Source of the DNA: Isurus oxyrinchus
Lineage: Eukaryota
Assembly: GCA_026770705.1 (NCBI GenBank)
Contig: JANJGN010000008.1
Span: forward strand, 110,670,001-110,734,000
Direction of reading: 5' to 3'
DNA length: 64,000 nucleotides
How positions within the stretch are numbered: the first letter of the stretch is position 1; every line of letters begins with the position of its first letter. A program made the position numbers and the translations under genes. Below the pieces are notes generated by a model. It made no database searches. It saw only the letters and a list, made by a program, of their open reading frames with translations, and had not been told where the DNA came from. Below are positions 12,785 through 27,700 of the stretch, in pieces.

Positions 12785-15700
12785 GGCGAATCTTTTAGTT
12801 CTTCCACGCAGTGGCAACTCTTCTAATTCTCTCCAATTGCTGGCATATCTGATAGTTCTAACCACTCAGTGGCACTTGCCACTCAATATCAAATCTGCTA
12901 TTGCTCTCCAGACACTGCTGAATCTGCTCATTCTTTGCACTCACAGGCAAATCTGCTAGTTCCCTCCACTCACTGGCATGCTTGCTGGTGCTTCCACTCA
13001 CTGGCGAATCTGCTATTTCCCTCCACTCACTGGTGAATCTGCTCATTCTCTCCACTCCCTGGAGAATCTACCAGTTTGCTCCACTCAGCGGCGTATCTGC
13101 TTGTTATCTCAATTACTGGTGAATCTGCTTGTTCTCTCCACTCACTGTGGAAACTATTGGTTTCCACCCCTCACGGGTGTATTTGTCAGTACTCTCCACT
13201 CACGGGCGAATCTGTTTGTTCACTCCACTTATTGGCAAATCAGAAATTTATCTCCACTCACTGTTGAGTCTTCTAGTTCTCTCCACTCAATAGCGAATCA
13301 ACTATTTCCGTCCACACACTGGCGAATCTGCTCGTTCTCTTCTCTCATTGACGAATTTGCTGTTTCTCTCCACACACTGATGAATCTTCAAGTTCTTCCA
13401 CTCACTGATGAATCTATTCGTTCTTGCACTCCCTGTGGATCTGCTAGTTCTTCTACTCACGGGCAGATCTGGTAGTTCTTCCGCTCACTGGTGAATCTGT
13501 AAGTTCTCCCACTCACTGGCGAATCTGCTACGCCTTCCTTCCTGTGGCAAATCTGCTCATTATCTCCAATCACTGGTGAATCTGCTAATTCTCCCACCCA
13601 CAGTCAAATCTTCAAGATTTCTCCACTCACTAGTGAATCTGCTTTTTTTTCTCTCAGGTGAATCTGCTTGTTGTCTCCATTCACTGGCGAATCTCTTAGT
13701 TCTTCCACTCACTGGCACATCTGCTTGTATTCCTGATTTACTGGTGAATCTGGTAGTCCTCTCCACTCACTCATGTATCTGCTTGTACTCTCCACTCACT
13801 GGCCTATCTGTTGGTTTTCTTCCCTCACTGCCGAATCTGCTGGAACTCTATACTCACTGGCGTATCTGCTGCTTCTCTCAATTCACTGGTGAATCTGTTA
13901 GTTCTCCCACTCACTGGAAGATCTGCTAGTTCTCACACTCACTGGCGTATCTGCTAGTTCTCTCCACTCACTGGCGAATCTGCTAGTTGTCTCCACTCAC
14001 TTGCAAATCTGCTTGTTTTCTCCACAAACTGGTGAAACTGCTAGTTCTCCCACTCACTGGCGAATCTCCTAGTTCTTCCACGCAGTGTCAACTCTTCTAT
14101 TCTCTCCAATCGCTGGCATATCTGATAGTTCTATCCACTCAGTGGAACTATCCACTCAATATCGAATCTGCTATTGCTCTCCAGACACTGCTGAATCTGT
14201 TCTTTCTTTCCACTCACTGGCAAATCTGCTGGTTCCCTCCACTCAATGGCGTGCTTGCTGGTGCTTCCACTCACTGGCGAATCTGCTATTTCCGTCCACT
14301 CTCTGGCAAGTTTGCTGGTGTTTTCACACATTGGCAAATCTGATAGATCTGCCACTCACTGGTGAATCTGCTACTTATTCCCCTCACTGGTGAATCTGCT
14401 AGTTCTCCCACTCACTGGCCAATCTTTGAGTTCCCTCCTCACTGGTGAATCTGCTTTTCTTCAACTCACTGGTGAATCTGTTCGTTCCCTCTACTCACTC
14501 GTGATTCTGCTCATTCTCTCCACTCACTGGCGAGTCTACTAGTTTCCTCCACTCACTGGCGAATCTGCTTCTTATCTCCAATCACTGTTGAATCTGCTTC
14601 TTCTCTCCACTCACTGGCAAATCTAATAGATTCCACCCCTCATGGTTAAATTTGTTAGAACTCTCCACTCACGGGCAAATCTGCTTGTTCACTCCACTTA
14701 TAGGCAATTCAGAAATTTATCTCCACTCACTGATGAGTCTTCTAGTTCTCTCCACTCAATAGCGAATCAGCTATTTCCTTCCACACACTGGCGAACCTGC
14801 TCGTTCTCTTCTCTCATTGGCAAATCTGCTGTTTCTCTCCACTCGCTGATGAATCTTCTAGTTCTTCCACTCACTGGTGAATCTGTAATTTCTCCCACTC
14901 ACTGGCGAACCTGCTATGCCTTCCTCCCTGTGGCAAATCTGCTCATTATCCCCAGTCGCTGGTGAATCTGCTAATTCTCCCACCCAAAGTCAAATCTTCT
15001 AGATTTCTCCACTCACTAGCGAATCCGCTTGTTTTTTTTCTCTCAGGTGAATATGCTTGTTGTCTCCATTCACTGGCAACTCACTTAGTTCTCCCACTCA
15101 CTGGAAAATCTGCTAGTTCTCACACTCACTGGCGTATCTGCTAGTTCTTTCCACTCAGTATCGAATCTGCTAGTTGTCTCCACTCACTTGCAAATCTGCT
15201 ACTTTTCTCCACAAACTGGCGAATCTGCTAGTTCTCCCACACACTGGCGAATCTCCTAGTTCTTCCACGCAGTGGCAACTCTTCTAATTCTCTCCAATCA
15301 CTGGCATATCTGATAGTTCTATCCACTCAGTGGCACTTTCCACTCAATATCGAATCTGCTATTGCTCTCTAGACACTGCTGAATCAGCTCATTCTTTCCA
15401 CTCACTGGCGAATCTGCTAGTTCCCTCCACTCACTGGCGTGCTTGCTGGTGCTTCCACTCACTGGCGAATCTGCTATTTCCCTCCACTCACTGGCGAGTT
15501 TGCTGGTGCTTTCACACATTGGCAAATCTGATAGTTCTGCCAGTCACTGATGAATCAGCTATTTATTCACCTCACTGGTGAATCTGCTAGCTCTGTCACT
15601 CAGTGGCCAATCTGTTAGTTCTCCCACTCACTTGCGAATCTGTGAGTTCTCCTTCTCACTGGTGAATCTGCTTTTCTTCAACTCACTGGTGAATCTGTTC

Positions 15701-18700
15701 GTTCCCTCTACTCACTCGTGATTCTGCTCATTCTCTCCGCTCGCTGGCGAGTTTACTAGTTTCCTCCACTCACTGGCGAATCTGCTTCTTATCTCCAATC
15801 ACTGGTGAATCTGCTTGTTCTCTCCACTCACTGGCGAAAAAAATAGATTCCACCTCTCACGGTTGAATTTGTTAGTACTCTCCACACACGGGCGAATCTG
15901 CTTGTTCACTCCACTTACTGGCAAATCAGCTCTTTATCTCCACTCGCTGACGAATCTGCTGTTCCCTTCACTCACTGGCGAATCTGTTAGTTCTCCTACT
16001 CACTGGTGAATCTGCTCATTCTCTCCACTAGCTGGAGAATCTACTAGTTTGCTCCACTCACCGGCGAATCTGTATGTTATTGCCAATCACTGGTGAATCT
16101 GCTTGTTCTCTCCACTCACTGTGGAAACTATTGGTTTCCACCTCTCACGGGTGTATTTGTCAGTACTCTCCACTCACGGGCGAATCTGCTTGTTCACTCC
16201 ACTTATAGGTAATTCAGAAATTTATCTCCACTCACTGATGAGTCTTCTAGTTCTCTCCACTCAATAGTGAATCAGCTATTTCCGTCCACACACTAGCGAA
16301 TCTGCTCGGTCTCTTCTCTCATTGGCGAATTTGCTGTTTCTCTCCACTCGTTGATGAATCTTCTAGTTCTTCCACTCACTGATGAATCTATTCGTTCTTG
16401 CACTCACTGTGGAATCTGCTAGTTCTTCTACTCACGGGCAGATCTGCTAGTTCTTCCGCTCACTGGTGAATCTGTAAGTTCTCCCACTCACTGGCGAAAT
16501 TGCTACATCTTCCTCCCTGTGGCAAATCTGCTCATTATCACCAGTCACTGGTGAATCAGCTAATTCTCCCACCCACAGTCAAATCTTCAAGATTTCTCCA
16601 CTCACTAGCGAATCTGCTTTTTTTTTTCTCTCAGGTGAATCTGCTTGTTGTCTCCATTCACTGGCGAATCTCTTAGTTCTTCCACGCAGTGGCAACTCTT
16701 CTAATTCTCTCCAATCGCTGGCATATCTGACAGTTCTATCCACTCAGTGGAAATTTCCACTCAATATCGAATCTGCTATTGCTCTCCAGACACTGCTGAA
16801 TCTGCTCATTCTTTCCACTCACTGGCAAATCTGCTAGTTCCCTCCACTCACTGGCGTGCTTGCTGGTGCTTCCACTCACTGGCGAATCTGCTATTTCCCT
16901 CCACTCACTGGTGAGTTTGCTGGTGCTTTCACCCACTGGCAAATCTAATAGATCTGCCACTCACTGGTGAATCAGCTACTTATTCCCCTCACTGGTGAAT
17001 CTGCTGGTTCTGTCACTCACTGGCCAATCTGTTAGTTCTCCCACTCATTGGCGAATCTGCTTGTTCTCACACTCACTGGCGAATCTGCTAGAACACTCCA
17101 CTCACTGGAGTATCTGCTGGGTCTCTCCACTGACTGGCGATTCTGCTAGTTCTCCCACTCAAAGGCGATTCTTCTAAGTCTCTCCACTCACTGGTGTATC
17201 TGATAGTTCTATTCACTAACTGGCAAATCTGCTCTTTTTTTTTTCCTCTCACTGGTGAATCTGCTATTGCTCTCCACACACTGGTGATTCTGCTCATTCT
17301 TTCCTCTTAATGGTGAATCTGCCAGTTCTCCATCTCATTCGCGAATCTTCTTTTCTTCCACTCACTCGTGAATCTGCTCGTTCTCTTCTCTCATTGGTGA
17401 ATCTGCTATTTCTCTACACTTGCTGATGTATCTTCTAGTTCTTCCACTCACTGGTGAATCTGCTCGTTCTTGCACTAACTGGGGAATCTGTTAGTTCTCC
17501 CACTCACTGGCAAATCTGCTAGTCCTTCCTCTCTGTGGCAAATCTGCTCCTCATCCCCTGTCACTGGTGAATTTGCTAGTTCTCTCCACTCACTGGTGAT
17601 TCTGCTAATTCTCCCACCCACAGTCAAATCTTCTAGATTTCTCCACTCACTAGCGAATCTGCTTGTTTTTTTTTCTTCCCTCAGGTGAATCTGCTTGTTG
17701 TCTCCATTAACTGGCGAAACTCTTACTTCTTCCACTCATTGGCAAATCTGCTTGTACTCTTGACTTACTGGTGAATCTGCTAGTCATCGCCACTAACTCG
17801 TGAATCTGCTTGCACTCTCCACTCACTGGCGATTCTCTTAGTCCTTCCACTCACTGGCGAATCTTGTAATTCTCACTGGCGCATCTGCTAGTTCTGCAAC
17901 TCACTGGCGAATCAGCTACTTTTTCGTCTAACTGGTGAATCTGCTAGTTCTGTCACTCATTGGCGAATCTGTAGTTCTCCCACTCACGGGTGAATCTGCG
18001 CATTCTTTCCACTCACTGGTAAATTTGCTAGTTCCCTTCACTCAATGGCATGCTTGCTGGTGCTTTCTCACATTGGCAAATCTGCTAGTTCTGCCACTCA
18101 CTGGTGAATCAGCTACTTATTCCCCTCACTGGTGAATCTGCTAGTTCTGTCACTCACTGGCCAATCTGCTAGTTCTCCCACTCACTGGCCAATCTTTGAG
18201 TTCCCTCCTCACTGGTGAATCTGCTTTTCTTCAACTCACTGGTGAATCTGTTCGTTCCTTCTACTCACTCGTGATTCTGCTCATTCTCTCCGCTCGCTGG
18301 CGAGTCTACTAGTTTCCTCCACTCACTGGCGAATCTGCTTCTTATCTCCAATCATTGGTGAATCTGCTTGTTCTCTCCACTCACTGGTGAAACTATTAGT
18401 TTCCACCCCTCATGGGTGAATTTGTTAGTACTCTCCACTCACGGGCGAATCAGCTGTTCTCTCCACTCAACGGCGAATCAGCTATTTCCATCCACACACT
18501 GGCGAAACTGCTCATTCTCTTCTCTCATTGGCGAACCTGCTATTTCTCTCCACTCGCTAATGAATCTTCTAGTTCTTCCACTCACTGGGGAATCTGTTAG
18601 TTCTTCTACTCACCGGCAAATCTGCTAGATCTTCCACTCACTGGTGAATCTATTGGTGCTCCCACTCATTCGCGAATCTGCTAGTTCTCTCCACTCACTG

Positions 18701-21700
18701 GTCTCCCTGCTTGTTCTCTCCACTCACTGGCGAATCTGCGTGTTCTTCCCATAACTGTCATACCTGCTTGTTCTCTAATCTCACTGGCGAATCTGCAATT
18801 CTGTGCACTCACTGGCTAATCTGCTTTTCTCTCCAGTCACTGGCAAATCTGCAATTATTCTCCACTCACTGACAGATCTGCTAGTTTCATCCACTGACAG
18901 GAGAATCTGCTTCTTATCTCCACTCACTGCTGAATCTGCTTTTTCTGTGCACTCACTGGAGAATCTGCTGGTTCTGTGCTCTCACTGGCGAATAAATGAC
19001 TTCCCTCCACAGACTAATGAATCTCCTGGTTCCCTCCACTAACTCGCAATTTTGCTTGTTCTCTCCATTCACTGGCCAATCTGCCAGTTCTCTTCACTGT
19101 GAGTTTCCTCCACTCATTGGCAAATCTGTTAGTCCTCAACACTCACTGGCGAATCTCATAGCTCTCTCCACTCACTGACGAATCTTTTAGTTCCTCCATT
19201 TATGGCGAATCTGCTAGAACTCTCCACTCACTGGAGTATATGCTGGGTCTCTCTACTCACTGACGATTCTGCTAGTTCTCCCACTCACTGTCGAATCTCC
19301 TTTTCCTCCACTCACTTCCGAATCTTCTAATTCTCTCCACTCACTGGCGTATCTGATAGATCTATCCACTAACTGGCAAATCTTCAAGTTTTTACCATCT
19401 CACTGGCGAATCTGCTATTGCTCTCCACACACTGGTTAATCTGCTCAATCTGTCCACTAACTGGCGAATCTGTTAGTTCCCACTATTCACTGGCAAATCT
19501 GCTACTTCTGCCACTCACTGGCGAATTTGCTAGTTCTTCCTCTCACTGGTGAATCTGCTATTTCTGCCATTCATTGGCGAATCTGTTAGTTCTCTCCACA
19601 CTTTGGCGAAGCTGCTAGGTCTCTCCACTCACTGGTGAATCTGCTATTTCTCTCCACTCACTGACGAATCTGCTAGTTCTCTCAACTCACTGGAGAATCA
19701 GCAATTTCCGTCCACTCAGTGGTAAATCTTCTCGTTCCCTCCACTCACTGGCGAATCTGCTATTTCTCCCACTCACTGGCGAATCTGCTTTACTTGCACT
19801 CACTGGTGAATGTGCTTCTTCTCTGCACTCTATGGCCAATCTGCTAGTTCTCTTCACTCATTGGTGCATCTGCTAGGTTTCTACACTGACAGGTGAATCT
19901 GCTAATTCCCTCCAACCTCTGGCGAATCTGCTATTTCTCCATTCTCTGGCGAATCTGGTTGTTCTCTCTACACATTGGCGATGCTGCTGGGTCTCTCCAC
20001 TCACTAGTGAATCTGCTAGCTCCTTCCACTCACTGGCGAATCTGCTATTTCTCTCCACTCACTGATGAATCTGCTAGTTCTTCCTCTCACTGGTGAACCT
20101 GCTAGTTCTGCCACTCACTGGCGAATCTGCAGTTCCATCCACACACTGGCGAATCTCCTCTTTCTGCCATTCACTGGCAAATCTGCTTGTTCTCGCCACT
20201 CATTGGCGAAGCTGTTGATTCTCTCCAATCAATGGTGAATCTGGTAGTTCCCTCCACTCACTGGCGAATCTGCTATTTCTCTCCACTCGCTAATGAATCT
20301 GCTAGTTATCTCCACTCACTGGTGGATCAGCTCATTCCCTCCACGCACTGGCATATCTGATAGTGCTATCCACTAACTGGCAAATCTGCTAGTTTTTTCC
20401 ACTCACTGGCGAATCTGCTATTGCTTTCCACCCACTGGTGAACGTGCTCATTCTTTCCACTGACTGGCGAATCTGCTAGTTCCCTCAACTCACTAGCGAA
20501 TCTGCTGGTGCTTCCACCCACTGGCGAATCTGCTAGTTCTGACACTCACTGGTGAATCTGCTAGTTTTCCCTCTCACTGTTGAATCTACTAGTTCTGCCA
20601 CTCACTGGTGAATCTTCTACTTCTCCCTCACACTGCTGAATCTGCAAGTTCTCCCTCTCACTGTCAAATCTGCTTTTCTTCCACTCACTGGTGAATCTGC
20701 TTGTCCTCGGCCCTCAATGGCAAATCTGCTAGTTCTCTTCACTCATTGACGTATATGCGAGGTCTCTCCACTCACTGCTGAATCTGCTTGTTCCCTCCAC
20801 TCTCTGGCAAATCTGCTATGTCTTCCATTCACTGGCGAATCTCCTTGTTCTCCTTACACATTGGTGAAGCTGCTGGGTCTCTCCACTCACTAGTGAATCT
20901 GCGAGCTCCCTCCACTCACTGTCGAAACTGCTAGTTCAGCCACTCACTGGCGAATTTATTGCTTCTTCCACTCACTGGTGAATCTGCTAGTTCCATCCAG
21001 TCACTGGTGTATCTGCTAGGTCACTCCCCTCACAACCAAATCTGCTTTTCTGTGTACTCACTGGAGAATCTGCTGATTCTCTGCACTCACTGGCGAATAA
21101 ACTACTTCTCTCCACACACTGGTGAAACTGCTGGTACCCTCCACTCACTCACGAATCAGCTTGTTCTCTCCACTCACTGGCCAATCTGCTTGTTCTTTCC
21201 ACTCAATGGCGAAACTGTGAGTTTCCTCCACTCACTGGCATATCTGGTATTTCTCTCCACTCACTGGCGAATCTGCTTGTTATCCCTACACATTGGTGAA
21301 GCTGCTGGGTCTCTCCACTCACTAGTGAATCTGCAAGATCCCTCCACTCACTGTTGAATCTGCTAGGTCTGCCACTCAGTGGCAAGATTATTACTTCTTC
21401 ATCTCACTGGTGAATCTGCTAGTTCCATCCACTCACTGGTGAATCTGCTAGGTCACTCCCCTCACAACCAAATCTGCTTTTCTGTGTACTCACTGGAGCA
21501 TCTGCTGATTCTCTGCTCTCACTGTTGAATAAACTACTTCTCTCCACACACTGGTGAAACTGCTGGTTCCCTCCACTCACTCACAAATCAGCTGGTTGTC
21601 TCCACTCACTGGCCAATCTGCTAGTTCTCTCCACTCAATGGCGAAACTGTGAGTTTCCTCCACTCACTGGCATATCTGGTATTCCTCTCCACTCACTGGT

Positions 21701-24700
21701 GAATCTACTAGTTTTCTCCACTCACTGGTAAATCTGCTATTTCTTCCACTCACTGGTGATTCTGTTAGTCCTCAACACTCACTAGCAAATCTCATAGCTC
21801 TCTCCACTCACTGACGAATCTGTTAGTTCTTCCACTCACTGGCGAATTTGCTAGATCTGACAATCACTGGCGAATCTGCTAGAACTCTCCATTCACTGGA
21901 GATTCTGCTGGTTCTCTCCACTCACTGGTGAACCTGCTACTTGTCTCCAATCACTGGCGAATCTGCTAGAACTCTCCACTCACTATACTATCTGCTGGGT
22001 CTCTCCAAACACTGACGATTCTACTAGTTCCCACACTCACTGGCGCACTCCTAGTTCTTCCGCTCACTAGCGAATCTTCTAATTCTCACCACTCTCTCGC
22101 GTATCTGATAGTTCTATCTACTAACTGGCACATCTGCTCGTTTTGTTCCCTCGCACTGACGAACCTGCTAGTTCTTCCTCTCACTGGTGAATCTGCTATT
22201 TCCGCCCCTCATTGGCGAATCTGCTAGTTCACTCCACTCATTGGCGAAGCTGCTGGGTCTCCCCACTCATTGGCGAATCTGCTATTTCTCTCCGATCACT
22301 GACGCAACTGCTAGGTCTCTCCACTCACTGGTGAATCAGCTATTTCCATCCACTCACTGATGAATTAACACGTTCCCTCCACTGACTGATGTATCTTCTA
22401 GGTCTATCCACTAACTGGCAAATCTTCTATTTTTTTCAACTTACTGGCAAGTCTGCTATTGCTCTCCACACACTGTGAATTTGCTCATTCTTTCCACTCA
22501 CTGGCGAATCTGTTAGTTCCCTCTATTCACTGGCGAATCTGCTGGTGCTTCCAATGACTTTCGAAACTGTTAGTTCTTCCTCTCACTAGCGAATATGCTT
22601 TTCTTCCACTCAGTGGTGTATCTGCTTGTTCTCTGCCCTCAATGGCAAATCTGCTAGTTCTCTTCACTCATTGGCACATCTGCGAGGTCTATCCACTTAC
22701 TGGAGAATCTGCTAGTACCCTCCACTCTATGGCAAATCTGCTATTTCTTCCATTCACTGGCGAATCATTTTGCACTCTCTACACATTGGCGAAGCTGCTG
22801 GGTCTCTCCACTCACTAGTGAATCTGTGAGCTCCTTCCACTCACTGCTAGTTATGCCACTCTCTGGCGAATTTACTACTTCTTCCTCTCACTGGTGAATC
22901 TGCTAGTTCCATCCACTCACTGGTGAATCTGCTAGGTCACTGCCCTCACAGCTGAATATCCTTTTTCTGTGTACTTACTGGAGAATCCGTTGGTTCTCAC
23001 TGCTCTCACTGGCGAATAAACTATTTCTGCCCACACACTGGTGAATCTGCTGGTTCCCTCCACTCACTCACGAATCTGCTTGTTCTCTCCACTCACTGGC
23101 CAATCTGCTCGTTCTCTCCACTCACTGGCGAAACTGTGAGATTTTTCCACTCACTGACGAATCTGCTAGTTTTCCCCACTCACTGTTGAATCTGCCAGTT
23201 CTTCCACTCACTGGCGAATTTGCTAGATCTCACAATCACTGGCGAATCTGCTAGAACTCTCCATTCACTGGAGATTCTGCTGGTTCTCCCCATTCACAGC
23301 CGATTCTGCTGGTTCTCTCCACTCACTGGTGAACCTGCTACTTGTCTCCAATCACTGGCGAATCTGCTAGAACTCTCCACTCACTGGACTATCTGCTGGG
23401 TCTCTCCACTCACTCACGATTCTGCTAGTTCTCACACTCACTGGCGAACTCCTAGTTCTTCCGCTCACTAGCGAATCTTCCAATTCTCACTACTCACTGG
23501 CGTATCTGATAGTTCTATCCACTTACTGGCAAATCTGCTAGTTTTGTTCGCTCTCACTGACGAACCTGCTAGTTCTTCCTCTCACTGGTGAATCTGTTAT
23601 TTTCGCCAGGCATTGGCGAATCTGCTAGTTTTCCCCACTCACTGGTGAAGCAGCTATTTCAGTCCACTCACTGATGAATTAACACGTTCCCTCCACTGAC
23701 TGTTGTATCTGCTAGGTCTATCCACTAACTGGCAAATCTTCTATTTTTTCCAACTTACTGGCGAGTCTGCTATTACCCTCCACACACTGGTGAATTTGCT
23801 CATTCTTTCCACTCACTGGCAAAACTGCTAGTTCCCTCCATTCACTGGCGAATCACTGGTGCTTCCACTGACTGGTGAAACTGCTAGTTCTTCCTCTCAC
23901 TGGCGAATATGCCTTTCTCCCACTCAATGGTGTATCTACATTTTCTCTGCCCTCAGTGACGAATCTGCTAGTTGTCTTCACTCATTGGCGCATCTGCGAG
24001 GTCTCTCCACTTACTGCTGAATTTGCTAGTTCCCTCCACTCTCTGGCAAATCTGCTATGTCTTCCATTCACTGGCGAATCTGCTTGTTCTCTCTACACAT
24101 TGACGAAGCTGCTGGGTCTCTTCACTCACTAGTGAATCTGTGAGCTCCCTCCACTCACTGTTGAATCTGTTAGTTCTGCCACTCACTGACGAAATTACTA
24201 CTTCTTCCTCTCACTGGTGAATCTGCTAATTCCATCCACTCACTGGTGAATCTGCTAGGTCACTCTCCTCACAGCTGAATCTGCTTTTTCGGTGCACTGA
24301 CTGGAGAATCCGCTGGTTCTGTGCTCTCACTGGTGAATAAACTACTGCTCTTCACACACTGCTGCATCTGCTGGTTCCCTCCACTCACTCACGAATCTGA
24401 TTGTTCTCTCCACTCACTGACCAATCTGCTAGTTCTCTCCACTCACTGGCGAAAATGTGAGATTTTTTCCACTCACTGACGAATCTGAGCGTTTTCTCCA
24501 CTCGCTGGTGAATCTGCTACTTCTTCCACTCACTGGTGAATCTGTTAGTCCTCAACACTCACTAGCGAAACTCATAGCTTTTTCCACTCACTGACGAATC
24601 AGTTAGTTCTTCCAATCACTGGTGGTTCTGTTAGTTCCATCCACTCGCTGGCAAAGCTGCTATTTCTTCCATTCACTGGCCATTCTGCTTGTTCTCTCCA

Positions 24701-27700
24701 CTCATTGGCGAAGCTGCTGGGTCTATCCAGTCAATGGTGAATCTGCTAGTTCACTCCAATCACTGTTGAATCAGCTATTTCCCTCCACTCATTGGCCTAT
24801 CTTATAATTCTATCCACTAACTGGCAAATCTGCTAGTTTTTTTCCACTTACTGGCGAATCTGCTTTTGCTCTCCACACACTGGTGTGTCTGCTCATCCTT
24901 TCCACTCACTGTCGAATCTGCTAGTACTGCCACTCACTGGCGAATTTACTACTTCTTCCTCCCACTGGTGAATCCGCTAAATCTGCCATTCTCTGGAGAG
25001 TCTGCCAACTCTCCCGCTCACAGGCGAATCTGCGAGGTCTCTCCCCTCACAGGGGCATCTGCTAGCTCCCTCTTCTCACTGGTTAATCTGCTCATTCCCT
25101 ACAGTTCACTGGCGAATCTGATATTTTTTCTCCACTTACTGACAAGTCTGCTAGTTTCCTCCACTGACTCGAGAATCAGCTTCTTATCTCCAGTCACTGC
25201 TGAATCAGCTTTTTCTTTGCACTCACTGGAGAATCTGCTGGTTCTTTGCTCTCACTGGCGCATAAATTACTTCTCTCCACACACTGCTAAATCGGCTGAT
25301 TCCCTCCACTCACTCGTGAATCTGCTTGTTCTCTTCACTCACTTGGCAATCTGCTAGTTCTCTCCACTCACTGGCGAATCTGTGAGTTTTCTCCACTCAC
25401 TGGTGTATCTGGTATTTCTCACCACTCACTGATGAATCTGCAAGCTTTCTCCACTCACTGGTGAATCTGCTAGTTCTTACACTCACTGGCGAATCTGTTA
25501 GTACTCAACACTCACTAGCAAATCTCATAGCTCTCTCCACTCACTGACGAAACTATTAGTTCTTCCACTCATTGGCGAATCTGCTAGTTCTCACACTCAC
25601 TGGCGAATCTGCTAGATCTCTCTACTCACTGGAGTATCTGCTGGGTCTCTCCACTCACTCGTGATTCTGCTAGTTCTCCCACTGACTGGCGAATCTCCTA
25701 CTTCTTCCTCACAGGCGAATCTTCTAATTCTCTCCACTCACTGGCGTATCTGACAGTTCTATCCATTGATTGCCAAATCTGCTTGTTTATTTTCCTCTCA
25801 CTGGCGAATCTGCTATTGCTCTCCACACACTGGTGATTCTGCTCATTCTTTCCTCTCAATGGTGAATCTGCTATTTCTGCCACTCATTTGCGAATCTGCT
25901 AGTTCTCTCCACTCATTGATGAAGTTGCTGGGTCTCTCCGCTCCCTGGAGAATCTGCAATTTCTCTCCAGTCGCTGACGCATCTGTTAGTTCTCTCCACC
26001 CACTGACGAATCAACTATTTCCATCCACTCACTGGTGAAGCTGCTCGTTCCCTCCACTCACTGGTTTATCTGATAGTTCAATCCACTAATGGGCAAATCT
26101 TCTATTTTTTTCCACTCATTGGCGAATCTGCTTTTGCTCTCCACACACTGGTGATTCTGCTCATTTTTTCCTCTCACTGTAGAATCTGCTAGTTCCCTCC
26201 ACTCACTGGCGAATTTGCTGGTGATTCCACTCACTGGCAAATCTGGTGGTTCTTTCTCTCACTGGTGAATCTGCTGGTTATGCCACTCACTTTCGAATCT
26301 GCTAATTCTCCCACTCACTGGCGAATCTGTGAGTTCTCCCTCTTACTGGCAAATCTGACTTTCTTCCACTCACTGGTAAATCTGCTTGTTCTCTTCCATC
26401 ACTGTTCTCTGCCCTCAATGGCGAATCTTCTTGTTCTCTCTACACATTGGCGAAGCTGCTGGGTCTCTCCACTCACGAGTGAATCTTCGAGCTCCCTCCA
26501 CTCAGTGTTGAATCTGCTAGTTCTGCCACTCACTGGAGAATTTGCCATTTCTTCCTCTCACTGGTGAATCTGCCACTTCTGCCACTCACTGGCGACTCTG
26601 CTAACTCTCCCACTCACAAGTGAATCTGCTTGGTCTCTCCCCTCACAGTTGAATCTGGTAGCTCCCTCCAGTCACTGGCGAATCTGCTATTTCTCCCCAC
26701 TCGCTGACGAATCTGCTAGTTCTCTCCACTCACTGGCGAATCAGCTATTTCCGTCCACTCACTAGTGAATATGCTAGGTCACTCCCCTCACAACTGAATC
26801 TGCTTTTTCTGTGCACTGACTGGAGAATCTGCTGGTTCTGTGCTCTCACTGGCGAATAAATTACTGCTCTCCTCACACTGGTGAATCTGCTGGTTTCCTC
26901 CACTCACTCACGAATCTGATTGTTCTCTCCACTCACTGACCAATCTGCTAGTTTTCTCCACTCACTGGTGAATCTGCTATTTCTTCCACTCACTGGTGAA
27001 TCTGTTAGTCCTCAACACTCACTGACGAATCTGCTAGTTCTGCCAATCACTGGCGGTTCTGCTAGTTCCATCCACTCACTGGCAAAGCTGCTATTTCTCC
27101 CATTCACTGGCCATTCTGCTTGTACTCTCCACTCAATGGCGAAGCTGCTGGGTCTATCCAGTCAATGGTGAATCTGCTAGTTCACTCCAATCACTGTTGA
27201 ATCAGCTATTTCCCTCCACTCATTGGCCTATCTGATAATTCTATCCACTAACTGGCAAATCTGCTAGTTTTTTTTCCACTCACTGGCGAATCTGCTTTTG
27301 CATTCCACACACTGGTGTATCTGCTCAATCTTTCCACTAACTGGCGATTCTGCTAGTTCCCTCCACTCGCTGGCGAATCTGCTTTTGCTTCCACTCCCTG
27401 ACGAATCTGCTAATTCTGCCACTCACTGGCGAAACTGCTAGTTCTTCATTTCACTGTTGAATTTGCAAGCTTTACCACTCTCTATCGAATCTGCTAGTTC
27501 TCGCAATCACTGGCGAATCTGCGAGTTCTTCCTCTCACTGGCGAATCTGCATTTCTTCCCCTCACTAGTGATTCTGCTTGTTCTCTTCCCCCATTGTTGA
27601 ATCTGCTTGTTCTCTGACCTCAATGGCGATTCTGCTATTTCTCTTCACTCGGCGCATCTGCGTGGTCAATCCACTCACTGGTGAATCTGCTAGTTCCCTC

